Notes: generated by a model from the sequence alone, not told the origin. A DNA stretch of 64,000 bases from Octopus sinensis (GCF_006345805.1 NC_043009.1:3100001-3164000); one strand, 5' to 3'; counted from the first letter of the stretch, positions 29,600 to 43,097 are shown. Translations and numbers: made by a program.

Positions 29600-30715
29600 G
29601 TCTTTGCAGGGTTTCTAACGCTGGAGATGTACAACTGTGTCAGTAGTTCACTATCAGTAAACAAAGGTAACACCCCTTAATTTTTGGAGCACCATCAGGA
29701 GTATTCGAGCGGTGCCAAGCAGTGTTGTTTTCTGCAAGTGATCCACCCTTATTGCATGTACATATCAAGCTTTTTGTTCACTGTCCCCAGGGCCCCAACA
29801 ATCATTGATGTTACAACTACATTTTTCAGCGCCCACAACGGCATAATCTCGCAATCTAAGCTATCATATATATCGACTGTTTTTTTCTTCCTTATCGGAT
29901 ACCTTGTTGTCAGTTGGGCATGCTATATCTATGATCCAGTGTCATTTGCTTTCTTTCTCAATTAACGTTATGTCTGGTTTTCTATTCTCTATGTCATGGT
30001 CGCACTGAAACATAAAATCATATAGGATATTGGCATTATCATTTTCGATGATGCCTTCGGGTTTAAGTTCCTCTGTCAAGTCCATACTTGTTGCAAAGTG
30101 TCCAATGAACAATCCTTTCACCACTTTGTCCACAAATTCTACACTTATCACTTTTTGATGTGTTGCCTATTCTGTATTTGATGTAAATGGAACATAGCGC
30201 TTGTTCTTGGGCAGCAGAGATTAGAGCCTCTGTTTCCGGTTTTAAATATGTTTTATCATCCATAGCCATCTTTTTTCTCTGTCTGTCTCATCTTCAAAAT
30301 CCATATGAAATTGAACATGCATTCTTTTCTTTATCCACCTCTTTTCAGTTTCTTTCATTCACTAATCCTTGTACAGTGCTTTATCTTCGTAATCTTCCAT
30401 CCTTCACATGCCTCAGTTTCTTACGTGTAATAATAGCGGTTCTGTTGCATTTTTACATACCATGCTATGTTGTTTTCTTCTGCTCTAATGTTCGCATCCG
30501 ATCAGTCCTCTTCCCGCTCTTTTTCTTGGTACATACAGTCGTACTTATGCCCGTTCAATCGTTTTTGCAATTGTTCAGTTGTGCAACCAACATAAATCAT
30601 TTTGTGTTTGGTGCATTTCGCTGCTTACACCAAATGGGTATCCTTACAGGTCCCTCCTGTGTAAATCATTAACATTTCTGTTATAATACTTGATGGATTA
30701 TAACATGGTTGTTTA
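29600..30715 (-). mobile_element. R4/Dong-clade LINE 3' fragment (RT end, CCHC finger, restriction-like endonuclease)
   Basis: LYVPRKRAGRGLIG, LKPETEALISAAQEQAL...DKCRICGQSGE, KPEGIIENDNANILYDF..QCDHDIENRKPDI, IVGALGTV. Confidence 0.9.
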
Positions 30716-30925
30716 AGAATGTTGAACAAAACACCTGTTTTCGAGGGTAAATTATCCAAACCCCAATTCCTATCAACACATGGCTATGATGCTCCCCCAC
30801 TACTTCTCGTCATCAGAGATGCACATATCAGGGACATGGACAACTGGTCCAGGTCATGCAACTAAGAAGCCAATCTGTGGTACTGAGCAGAATATTTGCT
30901 GTAGACCATCTTATTAATACGGCGA
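30695..30925 (-). repeat. Unclassified interspersed repeat fragment
   Basis: catggctatgatgctccccc...gagcagaatatttgctgtagaccatctt looks like a SINE-type tail from memory; no second copy in window. Confidence 0.35.
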
Positions 30926-31078
30926 GCCAGCAGTATAGTTAACGCGCTAGACGAAATAAGTTCAATTTCCGCCGCGGTCGGCTTTATCTTTCATCTTTTC
31001 GGATTCGATAAAATAAATACCGGTTGAACACTAGGGTGAATTCATCCCCTCCACCAAAATCTCCGCCTGTATTGCAAA
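30925..31078 (+). mobile_element. SINE family D, degenerate copy
   Basis: ggcgagccagcag...gttcaatttccgccgcggtcggcttt...tttcggattcgataaaataa. Confidence 0.65.
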
Positions 31079-31087
31079 TTTTGAAAC

Positions 31088-31118
<31 letters not shown>

Positions 31119-31126
31119 GATATTAT

Positions 31127-31600
31127 TACATGCTTGACTTTTGCTTTGTATTTGTACAACTTGGATCAATGCCTCACCTAGAAACCTCAAGGGGCAACAA
31201 GTTAGAAGTTCATGATGGTGTTATGCCTAGGGCGTCATATATTTAGTTTTGCACATTGTATTGTTCTAGAGAATGTTTAAGAAAATATAAGAAAATTTTG
31301 AGATTACATGGACAGTATTTTACGTAGGATAGGGGCAGTACCCATGTGCAATATCTTTTGAATTTTTGACATTTTGGGATTTCCTGATAGGAATCGGCCC
31401 GTTTTGGTATCATACCTAGGCACCTAGAACAACAGTTATTGTTTTGTCTTGATGTTTCACATTTTGTCAATTTTTACTTCAAGGTCTTTATACTTGCTCA
31501 ATTTTTGGTAGATCTTGACAGATACATTTATGTCGATTGGGACAGTCATATCAATGAGGCGGCATTGATATGTCTTTAAATATAACCTCTGGACTATACG
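31127..31600 (-). mobile_element. R4/Dong-clade LINE 3' end between AAT-type repeats
   Basis: CRLIDMTVPIDINVSVKIYQKLSKYKDLEVKIDKM...KIQKILHMGTAPILRKILSM. Confidence 0.85.
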
Positions 31601-31605
31601 CATAA

Positions 31606-31659
31606 TTGCTGCTGTTGTTGTTGTTGTTGTTGTTGTTCTTCTTCTTCTTCTTCTTCTTC

Positions 31660-31739
<80 letters not shown>

Positions 31740-31752
31740 ATTATTATTATTA

Positions 31753-31794
<42 letters not shown>

Positions 31795-31848
31795 TATTAG
31801 TAGTAGTAGTAGCAGCAGCATTTATAATAGCAGGTACAGCAGCAGCAA

Positions 31849-31889
<41 letters not shown>

Positions 31890-31890
31890 T

Positions 31891-31923
<33 letters not shown>

Positions 31924-31930
31924 CTGCTGT
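31606..31930. repeat. Compound (GTT)(CTT)(ATT)n(AGT)(AGC) microsatellite
   Basis: Direct reading. Confidence 0.95.
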
Positions 31931-33581
31931 GGCAATGAAAATATGGAGCTTTTGTCATAATAGCCGTATGAGGTCTCTCCCCCCCAAAAAATATCGGAAT
32001 ATAGTCATAAACGTATGAACTCAATTCTCACTTGTGAAATTCTTCGGAAACAATGTATGAAGAGAAGAAAGCATGTCATAAGCACATAGCTTATTATTTC
32101 CACTGTCGTCGGAATCTAATATTGTTGAAAGTATAATCCAAATGTAGAAACAATAAATAAATGTCTAAATAACTAAAAATTGGAGAGAACAAAAACCAAA
32201 ATACACCACACAAAGAGAAAGTAAACGAGAATAAAGAAAGCGAAATAGAGAGAGGGAGGGAGGAAGAGAGAAAGACAGGGAGAGAGAGACAGAGCGGAAA
32301 GAGAGGTGGAAATAAAGTGAGAGAAAGAGTGTGAAAGCAAGGGGAGAAAACAGTTAGAAACAGAAGGAAGTTAAAATACTATTTAGAGTTTTGTTGTCTC
32401 TAATAAAGCCAGATAATTTAACAAAATCTTTCTAAGATTAAAGACACTTTGCGACAAAGTTGATTGAAAAGATATATCCGGTGTTATTTTAACGTTGAAG
32501 AATAAGAACAACAAGAACTAAAACATTGGCAGCAACAACATCGACAAGAATAGCTGCTCTGACACAATGCTATATTGTTCTAAGAGATTTTTATGTTTTT
32601 TGGGGTTTTTTTTTAAATTTGAGAATGAGTTTCATTATAGTGTATCAATAACCCCTGTGTGTTGATTATGTGTGATTTCTTCCGTCGAAAAAATAGGTTA
32701 AATAACAAGAGACTATAGTTTTGTTTTTTTCATTTCAATTCTTCGATAACGAATTCTAATTGAAATGGTCTTGCATAACTTTTTGTTATTTTATCATTTT
32801 ATTGTTTGCTTCTATGTGTTGCTTTGTTTGTTTGTTTGTTTCTTTTGTGTGTGTTTTGTTTTACCTTATTACAATTTCAATTAAAAGTTGATCGATTTTA
32901 TTGTTGATGACTTGGGCATGAGAACTTCATTGAACTATATCGAATTACTATGTTAAATGTGGTTTGACGTTTCACTGAGAGAAGTAAAATGAAATGAAGC
33001 AGCAAATATATGAATTTAGTGGAGCCATAGATTATATACTTGAAGGTACTTCCTTATTCTCTCCGTCGTTTCTTTTCTATTTTACATTATAAGCAAAGAA
33101 AAAGTAATTACGCATAGTTTTATGGGAATTTAAGTTGAGGTGAGTAAAGCTATTTGAAAGGAACCTAATTAACATCGAGGTTTGGTTAATATAAAAGGTT
33201 TAAACGTTAACACTGACGTAATTTAAATTTCATGCAATGCATAGTTGTAAGAGTTTTGTCCTGTAAAAAAAATAATAAAATAAAAAACAATACAAATCAC
33301 AAAATAACTTTTCTCAGGCAAGCTGAGCTTTTATGTCAGCTCGGAATTCTAGAGGATGGTGGATTCTATTCTGTTTCTATAGCTTCGAAATATTGTGAAA
33401 ATACATCACTTTACCAAAGATATATATACACATATATACCTGAGATATTTAACTTCAAACTGTATGCTAACCCATCGTAATTTCCTAGAACATAACGCAG
33501 ACTGACACACTGAACTATATCTTGGGTTGTTCCTTTGTGGATACATGTAAACACGCCTCCGCATGCATGCGTTATATATAT

Positions 33582-33620
<39 letters not shown>

Positions 33621-33889
33621 CCATATATATAATATATAGAGGGCATTACTCCACATAAATGCCACATGCTAGGAGGGACTCTTAAAGTCAAGACTACTAA
33701 AATAAATAGTAATGCCTCTATATAATATAATATAATATAATATAAATATATTTAAGTAAAAAAATTGGTGGACTTTTTCTCTTATGATAAATTCTTATAA
33801 TGATTTTATCCTATTTTGAAATTATATATATATATATATATGTAATTTTATTTTCCTGGGATTATAGATAAAATGCATGATGCTGACAT

Positions 33890-34745
33890 ACGAGTATTAA
33901 TGTCCGCAATGAACTTTCTGTCTGTTGAGTATATCTAAATTTGTGTGAAGTGTAGTGAACCTGACGGTGAATTTGACGCAGAGATGAGACTTTTCTCTCT
34001 GGGAGGGTTGCAATATTCAGTGCCTTCTGTTTGTGGTGTGCTACTACCGTCGGGAGACCTACTTGAACCGTTGGATATTATCAGAGACTTAAGTATAACT
34101 GCCGACAGCACCTTTAGCCGGATTGTGCACATCAAAAAAAATGTCAATATTGCTTGCAGAACTTTTCAATCTAGGGATCAAGAAAAAAATCATCATTTTC
34201 TTCTCCAAATTCGCTAGGCCCCATCTCGAATACTGCTGCCCAATGTGGTACCCCTACAAAAAACAAGACATAATGAGGATCGAAGCGCAACAAAAATCAA
34301 TCACTGAAAAAATAAATGGTATGACGGGTCTATTGGGCTCGACTTAAAAAGCTGAAACTTTATTTTCTGCAACGCCGCCGCGTACGAAAGATTATTTGCA
34401 CCATGTGGAAAATATTCCACAACTATTATCCAAAGGATATCGGTATTATACTTATAATTCACCTAGGTCTAGCCCCCACCATGCATGGCGTCCCATACAA
34501 AGGTCGGTGTCACATCACATAAGAGCATTGCGACACAATATATTCACTGCAAATGGTCCTGCTCTTTTCAATGTTATCCCGAAAGAAATTAAAGTAGAGA
34601 AAGACCCCACAACTTTCAAAGGGTACCGATACAAATTCCTCCAGGAAATACCCGACAAACCACCTATACTTGGATTCGTTTCAGCCGACACCTCTTTGCT
34701 TCAGTGTTCGTGGTGTCCCGACATAACTAATTAAAAGACCCTTCC
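33890..34745 (+). mobile_element. CR1/L2-group LINE 3' fragment (RT C-terminus and downstream)
   Basis: IRDLSIT.DS, CRTFQSRD, ARPHLEYCCPMWYPYKKQDI.RIE.QQ, LKKLKLYFLQRRR, GPALFNVIPKEI. Confidence 0.85.
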
Positions 34746-34829
34746 AGGTGGTGCTATTGAGTTACTCATGGCCTGGGCCGATAATGGTCAAACGTAATCT
34801 GAGATATCTAAGTTACTATTGACAAGATC

Positions 34830-35900
34830 ACGTACTGAACTTTCCTTTTAAACATGGCTTTATCAAAACGTAGTTGTCCCTCGAATTGGAACTTATCTTG
34901 CTAGATTACTTTACTTCAGCCGACAATACATTTTAGTTTGTCAAGATCCTCTTTCTTGTTATGATGTTGACTTCCTAGTAAATTCTTTTTAGGTAGATGA
35001 TGCTCTTGTGAATCTTCGGATACTGCGTCCTTTCTGTGTTTGGGGATGTAAAACTTAATTTCCCGTATGAGACACTTGAGGTCTTTGTGGAGGTTGGGCA
35101 AACTCATGGTCTTGAATTTAGCACCTTCATCTGCGCTCCCTATCATCCAGTTGTTGGTTATGTTTATAGAAGCAGGGGTCTCATTCATGTTGATGTTTGA
35201 CAATTTTCGACTCATTGGATTTGTATAAAACTTTCCTTGTGACTTTTATTCTGTTTGGTCTTCTCTTACATCTTGTAAGAACACCTTAACTTAATGATAG
35301 TAGAGTTTAGTTGACAAACATTATGTCAAGCGCACGATAAAACTAAACATTTTATTGAATAATTCTATCGTGCATGAATAACTTTGCCTTTTTTTGTATC
35401 TATCGATTCTTTGTGCCTCTGCTCCGAACGATTGTTTCAGTATCTCTTTAGATTTTTGTTAATCATCTGCGATTTGATCTGATGGTGAGGTTTTGTTAGC
35501 TTTGTCCTTTCGATGTCTGAATCTTTCTTCATTTCATGCAGCTGTATTAGCTGTACACAACGTTTGTCAGTTGTTGCGTATTCATAAGTTTGTGTCTAAC
35601 ATTCAAGACGTTATTGGCATCCATATTTTGTCTACTAAGAGATCGATTCATCTACCAGAAAGCCTTAGTTTTGGCTCTATTCTCTGGCTTATTGAAGCAG
35701 CAAGGATTGCTTCTACGAAATCGTCATACGGTTGCCTACACCATTTCAGTGCTATAACTTTTGTCGGATTAGTAATCCCACTCGGAAATGGGAGCAGATT
35801 TTGTTTTAGTCGCAATGTTTATAATCCTGGCTTGGCAAGAATGCAGCATGGAATGTCATGTAATTTTACTGGAACTGATATATTTGACTGAGACTGAGAG
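34830..35900 (-). mobile_element. R4/Dong-clade LINE internal ORF fragment upstream of RT
   Basis: AQRIDRYKKRQ and FYTNP...NINMNETP...NNW...DLDKL resemble AQRIRRY..R..FY.EL...NI.INE.P...FW...PG.DK. Confidence 0.6.
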
Positions 35901-35932
35901 CCATTTCCAACTTTCTCCTGGATTGTTGTTGT

Positions 35933-36345
35933 TGGCTGTGTGGTAAGTAACTTGCTTACCAACCACATGGTTCCTGGTTCAGTCCCACTGCGTGGCACCT
36001 TGAGTAAGTGTCTTCTACTATAGTCTCGGGCCGACCAAAGCCTAATGCGTACATTTAGTAGAACGGAAACTGAAAGAAGCCGTTGTATATATGTATATAC
36101 ATATATGTGTGTGTGTGTGTGTATGTATGTGTGTATATGTTTGTGAGTCTGTGTTTGTCTCACCAACATTGATTGGCAAACGATGCTGGTGTGTTTACGC
36201 CCCCGTAACTTAGCGGTTTGGCAAAAGGCCCGATAGAATAAGTACTAGGCTAATAAAAGATAAATTCTGGGGCCGATTTGCTCGACTAAAGGCGGTGCTC
36301 CAGCATAGCTACAGTCAAATGACTGGAACAAGTAAAAGGTAAAAG
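35933..36345 (+). mobile_element. SINE family C
   Basis: tggctgtgtggtaag...ggttcagtcccactgcgtggcacc head, internal (AT)/(GT), 3' gtgctccagcat...cagtcaaatgactg. Confidence 0.9.
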
Positions 36346-37284
36346 ATAAATGGGTAGTGAACTAGAAGAATTCCTAGATGCCGGAAGAATTGCCTAGCGG
36401 TATGTTTTCCGGTTCTTTGAGTCCAAATATCGCCGAGGCAAATTTCGGCTTCGATTACTCCCGATTTGAGAAGAAGAACCAGTCAAGAATTATGATCGAT
36501 GATATCGATTAACCTGTGCCTCTAAAGCTATTATGCTTGTGTCAGAATCACAAAATCTTACAATCTAACTTCATGGTCTTCACAAGATGTCATGGCTTGC
36601 CAATGTTTTAAATGCTAGTATATATTTTAGTGATGTAGTAATTAAGAGCATATAAATATATACTTAAGCACAGCCACACATATACACATGCACACAGACA
36701 CGCACTCATGCACGCATGCACAGATATGTACGCATACCTGCAAGTGCGTTCAGGTGCGTATGCATATGTCTCTCGATTTTTATATAAAGTATAATTTTTA
36801 ATCAGTTTCATATATAATTAAACATGCAATTACCATGTGTTTGAATTATTTATTACTGGAAATTGCCCACTTCTTAGTTTAGGAATTAATTAGTGTTTTG
36901 TTAATACTCAATTACAAGAAACGTGTCTTTGATGTAGAAATTAGCCTAAAAGCACTTGTGTAGACGTTTCAGATGTTGGATACTTAAGTAATCATGGGTT
37001 CTGATGTTTCAAACGACGAGGTAAACAGTAATATATTCATACATACAAATAAAACACACAAAAATACTCGTATATACAGGCATAAACTCATGTGCAAACA
37101 TATATTGCTATGCGTCTTTATGCGAATATGCATATTGTGCATATAATTTAAGCTAGCGATATGAAAGTTATTAGTGAATGAAATGAACTGCTATAGGTTC
37201 CACTGCCTAGCTAACGCTGTTTCGTGCATATTTCCCAATCACTGATTTCGTTGCTACTTTCGTGTGATTCTTGATTTGTATATA

Positions 37285-37484
37285 TATATATATTGATAGA
37301 TCGTTAGCCACTACACACATTCTTTCTCTCCTTGTTTCTCTCCTTTTTCTGTGTCCCTTTTTGTAGAAGAGCGTAGGCTCGAAACGTAAAAGACTTTTTC
37401 TATTCCTGAGGGTTATACTAACACAGCTGTTTGTTTTGTACACCAGTTGTCTTCGTCTTTTGTTTTTTTTCGCAAACTCTCCCT

Positions 37485-37490
<6 letters not shown>
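37285..37490 (+). mobile_element. Penelope-like terminal fragment with degenerate hammerhead-like motif, embedded in (AT)n
   Basis: gtagaagagcgtaggctcgaaacgta motif; no ORF; family assignment by motif only. Confidence 0.45.
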
Positions 37491-37610
<120 letters not shown>

Positions 37611-37611
37611 T

Positions 37612-37649
37612 CCACGACCGCGAGTCCGCTGCCCTAACCACTCGGCCAT
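37612..37649 (-). mobile_element. Isolated SINE head B fragment, inverted
   Basis: Reverse complement aatggccgagtggttagggcagcggactcgcggtcgtgg. Confidence 0.85.
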
Positions 37650-37952
37650 TGGCCCTCAGTGGTCAGGGCAGCGGACTCGCGGTCTTAGGATCACGGCTTC
37701 GATTCTCAGACCGGGCGCTGTCAGTGTTTATCAAGTGTAAACGCCTAAAGCCTAACGAGGCTCCGGCAACAGGTGGTGACGATCCCTGCTGTACTCTTTC
37801 GCCACAATATTCTCTCACTCTTTCTTCTGTTGGCCTGCTCGCTTAGCTAGCGGGGTGGCGTCATCTGAAGGCTAAAACAATGCGAAGCGTATTGTGACCA
37901 GAGATGTGTAGCAACATCTGATAGCCTGGTCGGTCACGGTGATCACGGTGAT
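37650..37952 (+). mobile_element. tRNA-derived SINE, head B + tail Z
   Basis: Homologous to 18096-18405; ends in (AT)n. Confidence 0.9.
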
Positions 37953-38590
37953 ATATATATATATATATATACATATATATACATATATATATATATATGC
38001 ATATATATCATTACCAAGAGGAATTTAAGTTAAATTATTTTCAATGGACTACGTGCATTACTCCCTTGCTGAGAGGCATAATATATTTACAACACGATAA
38101 TTATATATTTAAGCAATTGAAACTCGTAGAATTGTGAAACAGAGCATTTCGCCCTGCATTGTTTAACACTTGTTGCAAGTATCTACATTCGAACATTATG
38201 TTATGTTAAATTTAACCCATGGTAGTCCCATGCATGGCATGTTTGATTTCAACGAGCAGGTACGTTCATAAAGGTGTTTGTGTTGTTCCTTGAAATATGT
38301 AACTAAATCCCTCTCAGATCACACCCTGTAAAAAGAAGAAAAAAACAAATCAGAATGATTTTATTCTGGGAATTAACACAAAACACGAATGCTTATTCTA
38401 AAATTTCATATCAGGTGAAAATCAGCGATTTGTAAAGAAATCAAACAAAATGCCGAGTTATTTTTTCTATCATACATTCTAAATATAAATCACCCCGGAT
38501 ATCAACTATGCCTTTTGTCACTTTAGGGTCGACAAATTATAGAAAGATTTAAGTATTGAGGTCATAGATCGATTTAGCCAATCTCCTCAT

Positions 38591-38634
38591 AATCGCTCTC
38601 CTTTCAGCTTGCAATCGCTCTCCTTTCAGCTTGC
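38591..38634. repeat. Perfect 22 bp tandem duplication
   Basis: aatcgctctcctttcagcttgc x2. Confidence 0.9.
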
Positions 38635-38779
38635 TATTGTCGGGCGTACAATTCAAGGGGAATTATATGAAATCGATCCTTTATACGGCATGAATATCGG
38701 GTAACCTGATTTATGAGTTCTCTTCTTCACGTAAAATTAAAACAACTTTAGGAGATAAATTCATAACTTTTAGCTATCA

Positions 38780-39175
38780 TTAGTTCAGTTGATCATGAAA
38801 GCCTGTATCGATAGTCAGGACATGTAGCAAGAATAGAAGAGTCGAGGTTCTTACGACAAGCCTTAATATAGGTCTTAATATAGTGAGCTCACAACAGGAA
38901 AAAGACCACATGATTGCTCTCTTCGAAGATACAAGGACCAATTCAAAGCAACACTAAACGCAATTGGAATTGAACCAAAATTGTTATGAAGCTGAAGCCG
39001 GAGACCGTACCAGGTTGTGCTCCATCACCATCGGAACGAAAAACAGGAAGAAGTCAAACGACAGGAAAGAAAGGCTCCACAAAATCAAACTCATCTTCCA
39101 CCAGCATTTCTATGCAGTCAATGCGTCTACCCTTCTATGCAAGAATTGGTCAACAGATTCATCATCGGTGAGATA
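38780..39175 (+). mobile_element. RTE-clade LINE 3' fragment
   Basis: SGHVARIEESRFLRQAL..SELTTGKRPH...RRYKDQFKATL.AIGI...EAGDRTR...FYARIGQQIHHR, like RTE GHV.R....P.Q.LY.EL..GKR...R.KD...ARIGL.SH.R. Confidence 0.8.
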
Positions 39176-39803
39176 AAGCCGACGATGACGACGACCATTT
39201 CAATTGAAGAACATAATTAATACTCACCAATGATTGTCCTCTTAATAGGATATATGTGCTGATAATACGAGTAACTGCATTAATATGAGGTGGTTATTAC
39301 AAAAAATACTTAACGATAAATCTTTTCAGTCATGGTCGGGTCTGAGGAAGTGATGCGGGATTCAGAATGTCGTCCTTTTTACTGATAGAATTAGTAGCAA
39401 AATATGTTTGAAATCCCATGTCACAGTTCGTAAACTACTCTTAGAACGTGTGACATAATGCATGCGTTCTGACGTAAGCTTTGTCTGAAATATACGTGTA
39501 GATATGATAAGATATATTTAATCCTTTGCTTCTTCGATTAGGTCAGATCAGACCATTTCCGAAAAAGAAACAAGAATTGGGATTCTAGATTGCCATAACA
39601 GAAAAGGCGGAATATCATAACATACGTACTATGTGTACTGGAATTAATTATGGTTTTAACCATTAGTAATTTAAACGTTTCTTTAGTATTGTACACCCCT
39701 CCGTTCCCTGGAAGTACACAACGTCTTCAAAAGAGAACTAATCAAGCGTTTGGATGATACTTATAATACAAAACTCCCTGTCTGTTGTTTCTCGTTTATA
39801 CTA

Positions 39804-40309
39804 TTAGGCTGTCTGGAAAGTTCGTGTCGATTTATAGCAGCTTATCTTTCGACTTATTTTAGAACATGGTTGAGAACATAAAATAGGATTTGACTACACC
39901 TCCATTTAGAGCATAGTTTAAGCTATCTTTTCGTGGAAGAAGGTTTATGTTCCTATAACATGTGTTAATTCTGTAACCCTTTAAAATGGAAGATGAGAAA
40001 GTTCATTTTCGACACTTGATGCTTTGGGAACCAGACGAAAATTGCTGCACCACTTATTCAGGTCTCTGCAGAATAGTCTTAATGATAAATATTTCAATTC
40101 CTTGGATGACGTGAAAAGATATATTGATGAATTCTTTGCCATGAAACTACCTCAAATCTGGGAAGAGGGCATTTTCATGTTAACGGAAAGATGGAGACGC
40201 ATTGTGCAACAAAATGTTTCATATTTGGTTGATTAAAAATGTAATGGCAAGTATTTATTGACCTTTTTCTTTCCTTTAAAAATCGGCACGAACTTTCCGG
40301 ACAACCCAA
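39804..40309 (+). mobile_element. Internally deleted mariner (506 bp) with both TIRs and TA target duplication
   Basis: TIR ttaggctgtctggaaagttcgtgtcgattt / aaatcggcacgaactttccggacaacccaa; TA at 39802-03 and 40310-11; MEDEKVHFRHLML (39986) fused to HLFRSLQNSL...WEEGIFMLTERWRRIVQQNVSYL. Confidence 0.92.
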
Positions 40310-41019
40310 TAGTTTTGCTATAAATGATTAAGATGTCGATAACTTTTGATAGCTGTAAGCACCAACAGTAACGTATAACAATAATTCGTTCCGTTACGTT
40401 ACAATATTATTCTCAACCGATTCTATCGCGTCACAAAAAATAATAGTACTTTTATAAAAGTTTAGGTTTCTTTGTTTCTCTAAAGGCTTAATGTAAGACC
40501 AGTTTGGCGGTGAACTGGTACAGAATGCCAAGCCGAATTTCTTAAATCACTCGATGTTCTAAGCTGAAATACCGATAAGGTTTACTTTGTCTTTCTTCAT
40601 AAGAAAAATAAACCAATTCAAGCCGTTAGATTTGTAGAACAAAAGTCAGACAAGTTGAATTGCACTACCTAAACCTGCACTGTTACTTCTCACAGAGGGT
40701 CCTGCGGCAACGTATGAACCGGGATTTATCGACGATAAATTTTTGACTTTTCCTTTGATGACCATCAATATCGTGAATAAGCGAAGGGACGCATCCTCAC
40801 CGTCGAAGACTCCTGAACTATTAGTTAAGTATTGCAGCCGCGAGAGATCGATGCTAGATGTATATCGAAATAATATTAATGATTGATAAAAACTCTGGTA
40901 TCTTCCCTCTCCCGTCTCTCATTGACCAGATACCTACGGAGTACAGTGAAAGTGACCCGTGCTTTACCAGTAAGCTTCTTGGTATAAACCATTCGTTTTA
41001 TTATCAAATATCTAGCATA

Positions 41020-41074
<55 letters not shown>

Positions 41075-41149
41075 TATAAATTTAAATGATAAGGGTGAAA
41101 ATTGAATATTAATTTGATTAATAGCAATTTAAAACCAGTGGCTTAGCGT

Positions 41150-41422
41150 ATCCATTATGCTAGAGGTAGACTCCATATGGTCTGACCACTAGGAAATGAT
41201 TGTCCTCAAGAAAATTCAGCAAACGACAGAACGTAAGCGAGCAAGACAATTGAAAAGATCAAGTACAAAGTTCACAAACCCGGTTTCATTGATACCACTT
41301 ACGTAATACATACGTAAACGTCCGCAATTCACCAGTGTGATCGTCATAGCAAAATATAATTTGCAGAACTATCTTTTCTTAGTGGTCAGACCATATGGGG
41401 GTCTACCTCTAGCATAATGGAT
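41150..41422. mobile_element. MITE-like element with about 47 bp inverted termini
   Basis: atccattatgctagaggtagactccatatggtctgaccactaggaaa versus reverse complement of 41375-41422 (2 mismatches, 1 indel). Confidence 0.85.
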
Positions 41423-41457
41423 GTCCACTTAGTGGTCGTCCCAAATTTATATGTATG

Positions 41458-41507
<50 letters not shown>

Positions 41508-42984
41508 ATGTATGTATGTATATATATAATATGAGTGTGTGTGTAGAGAGAGAGAGAAACAGACAGAGAGATACAAAGTTACATAGATAAATAGATGTAT
41601 ACAGATACTTACACACACCCACACACACTCCCAGACATATATACGGAGGTATAAATACTTTGAAAGCATATTTGCTTTCAGCCAGAAACAGCGATGGCTC
41701 AAACAAAATATTTATTCATTTGAAAGTTTTTGCAAACAAATGACAAAATGATACATCAAATAATCATTGCATTTTCTTTGTGTTTTTTTAAATATATTTT
41801 TAAATGCCAAATGGCTTTGATGACATCGTGATTCTACTTCTTCACTTGTCCTTAGTAATTTTGCCATTGATATCGTTTCCATCGTTGTTATTGTCGACGA
41901 GGTTATTGTCGTATTAATATTGTTTTCTAATTAACTGGTTGGAAATCAAAGTATATTCTGACATTGACTTTGAATAGCAGTACTAAGACAGACATTTTCT
42001 TTGATAATTTAAGATATTGTTAAACTTACTTAGACGAATATATGTAAAGACACATTACCCCCATCATAAAAAAAAATATCAAAAGCGCAAAAGACACTCT
42101 GCTTTCTTCTGTATACAAACACGCGTATATTCTTACATGTATGTGCATATACCAATATGTATGTATATGTGTGTGTGTGTGCGTGCATTTATATATATAT
42201 ATATATACCGTATATAATATATATATATATATATACGTATGTGTGTGTACGTATTCACATACACACGCGTATACACACATATGCACACTAGTATATTATT
42301 ATATATATATATATATATAAATTTATACATATGTAAATATATATATATATATACATGTATGTATCGATATATATATATATACATATATATGTATATATAT
42401 ATATATATACATATATATAACATCTATATCTATAGGTGTAAGTGTATGATGTGTATGCGTTTGTGTGTGCGATTGTGCACGCATGTATGTATGTAAATAT
42501 ATAAATAAGTATAAGCGTACAGAGACAGAAAACCCGCAATGGCGAGGAGGGGAGTTGAATATTATGCTTATTTTAAAATAATGCTTGAATGATCACAAAA
42601 TATTTGTCAGAAATATTGAAGAGTATAAATTGACATGTGTCTTGAACATTCCTATAACAAAACAAGACGCTTTTATTCGGAAATCTCCGATGGATTTAAG
42701 GTAGAATACACATGGAGAGAGATGTAATAGCGTGTTGATATCCATACAGAATTGTAACTTATCCATACGGAAACTAATACAAGAACAATATACAAATATT
42801 TCTTTATTCTCACAGCGATTCCCATTCACCGAAAATGTATGAGAATGGGAGAGCTTTTACAAATATCTTCGTTTCTCTTTCTCTCCTTCATTTAATTGTA
42901 GTTTTGAAAACTTTTATCTGTTGAAAATTTTCTGCGATTTCTTCTTTACTCTCAGGAAAAGAATCACGTGATACATAACTAGCA

Positions 42985-43012
42985 CAGCAAATATATATAT
43001 ATATATATATAA

Positions 43013-43097
<85 letters not shown>

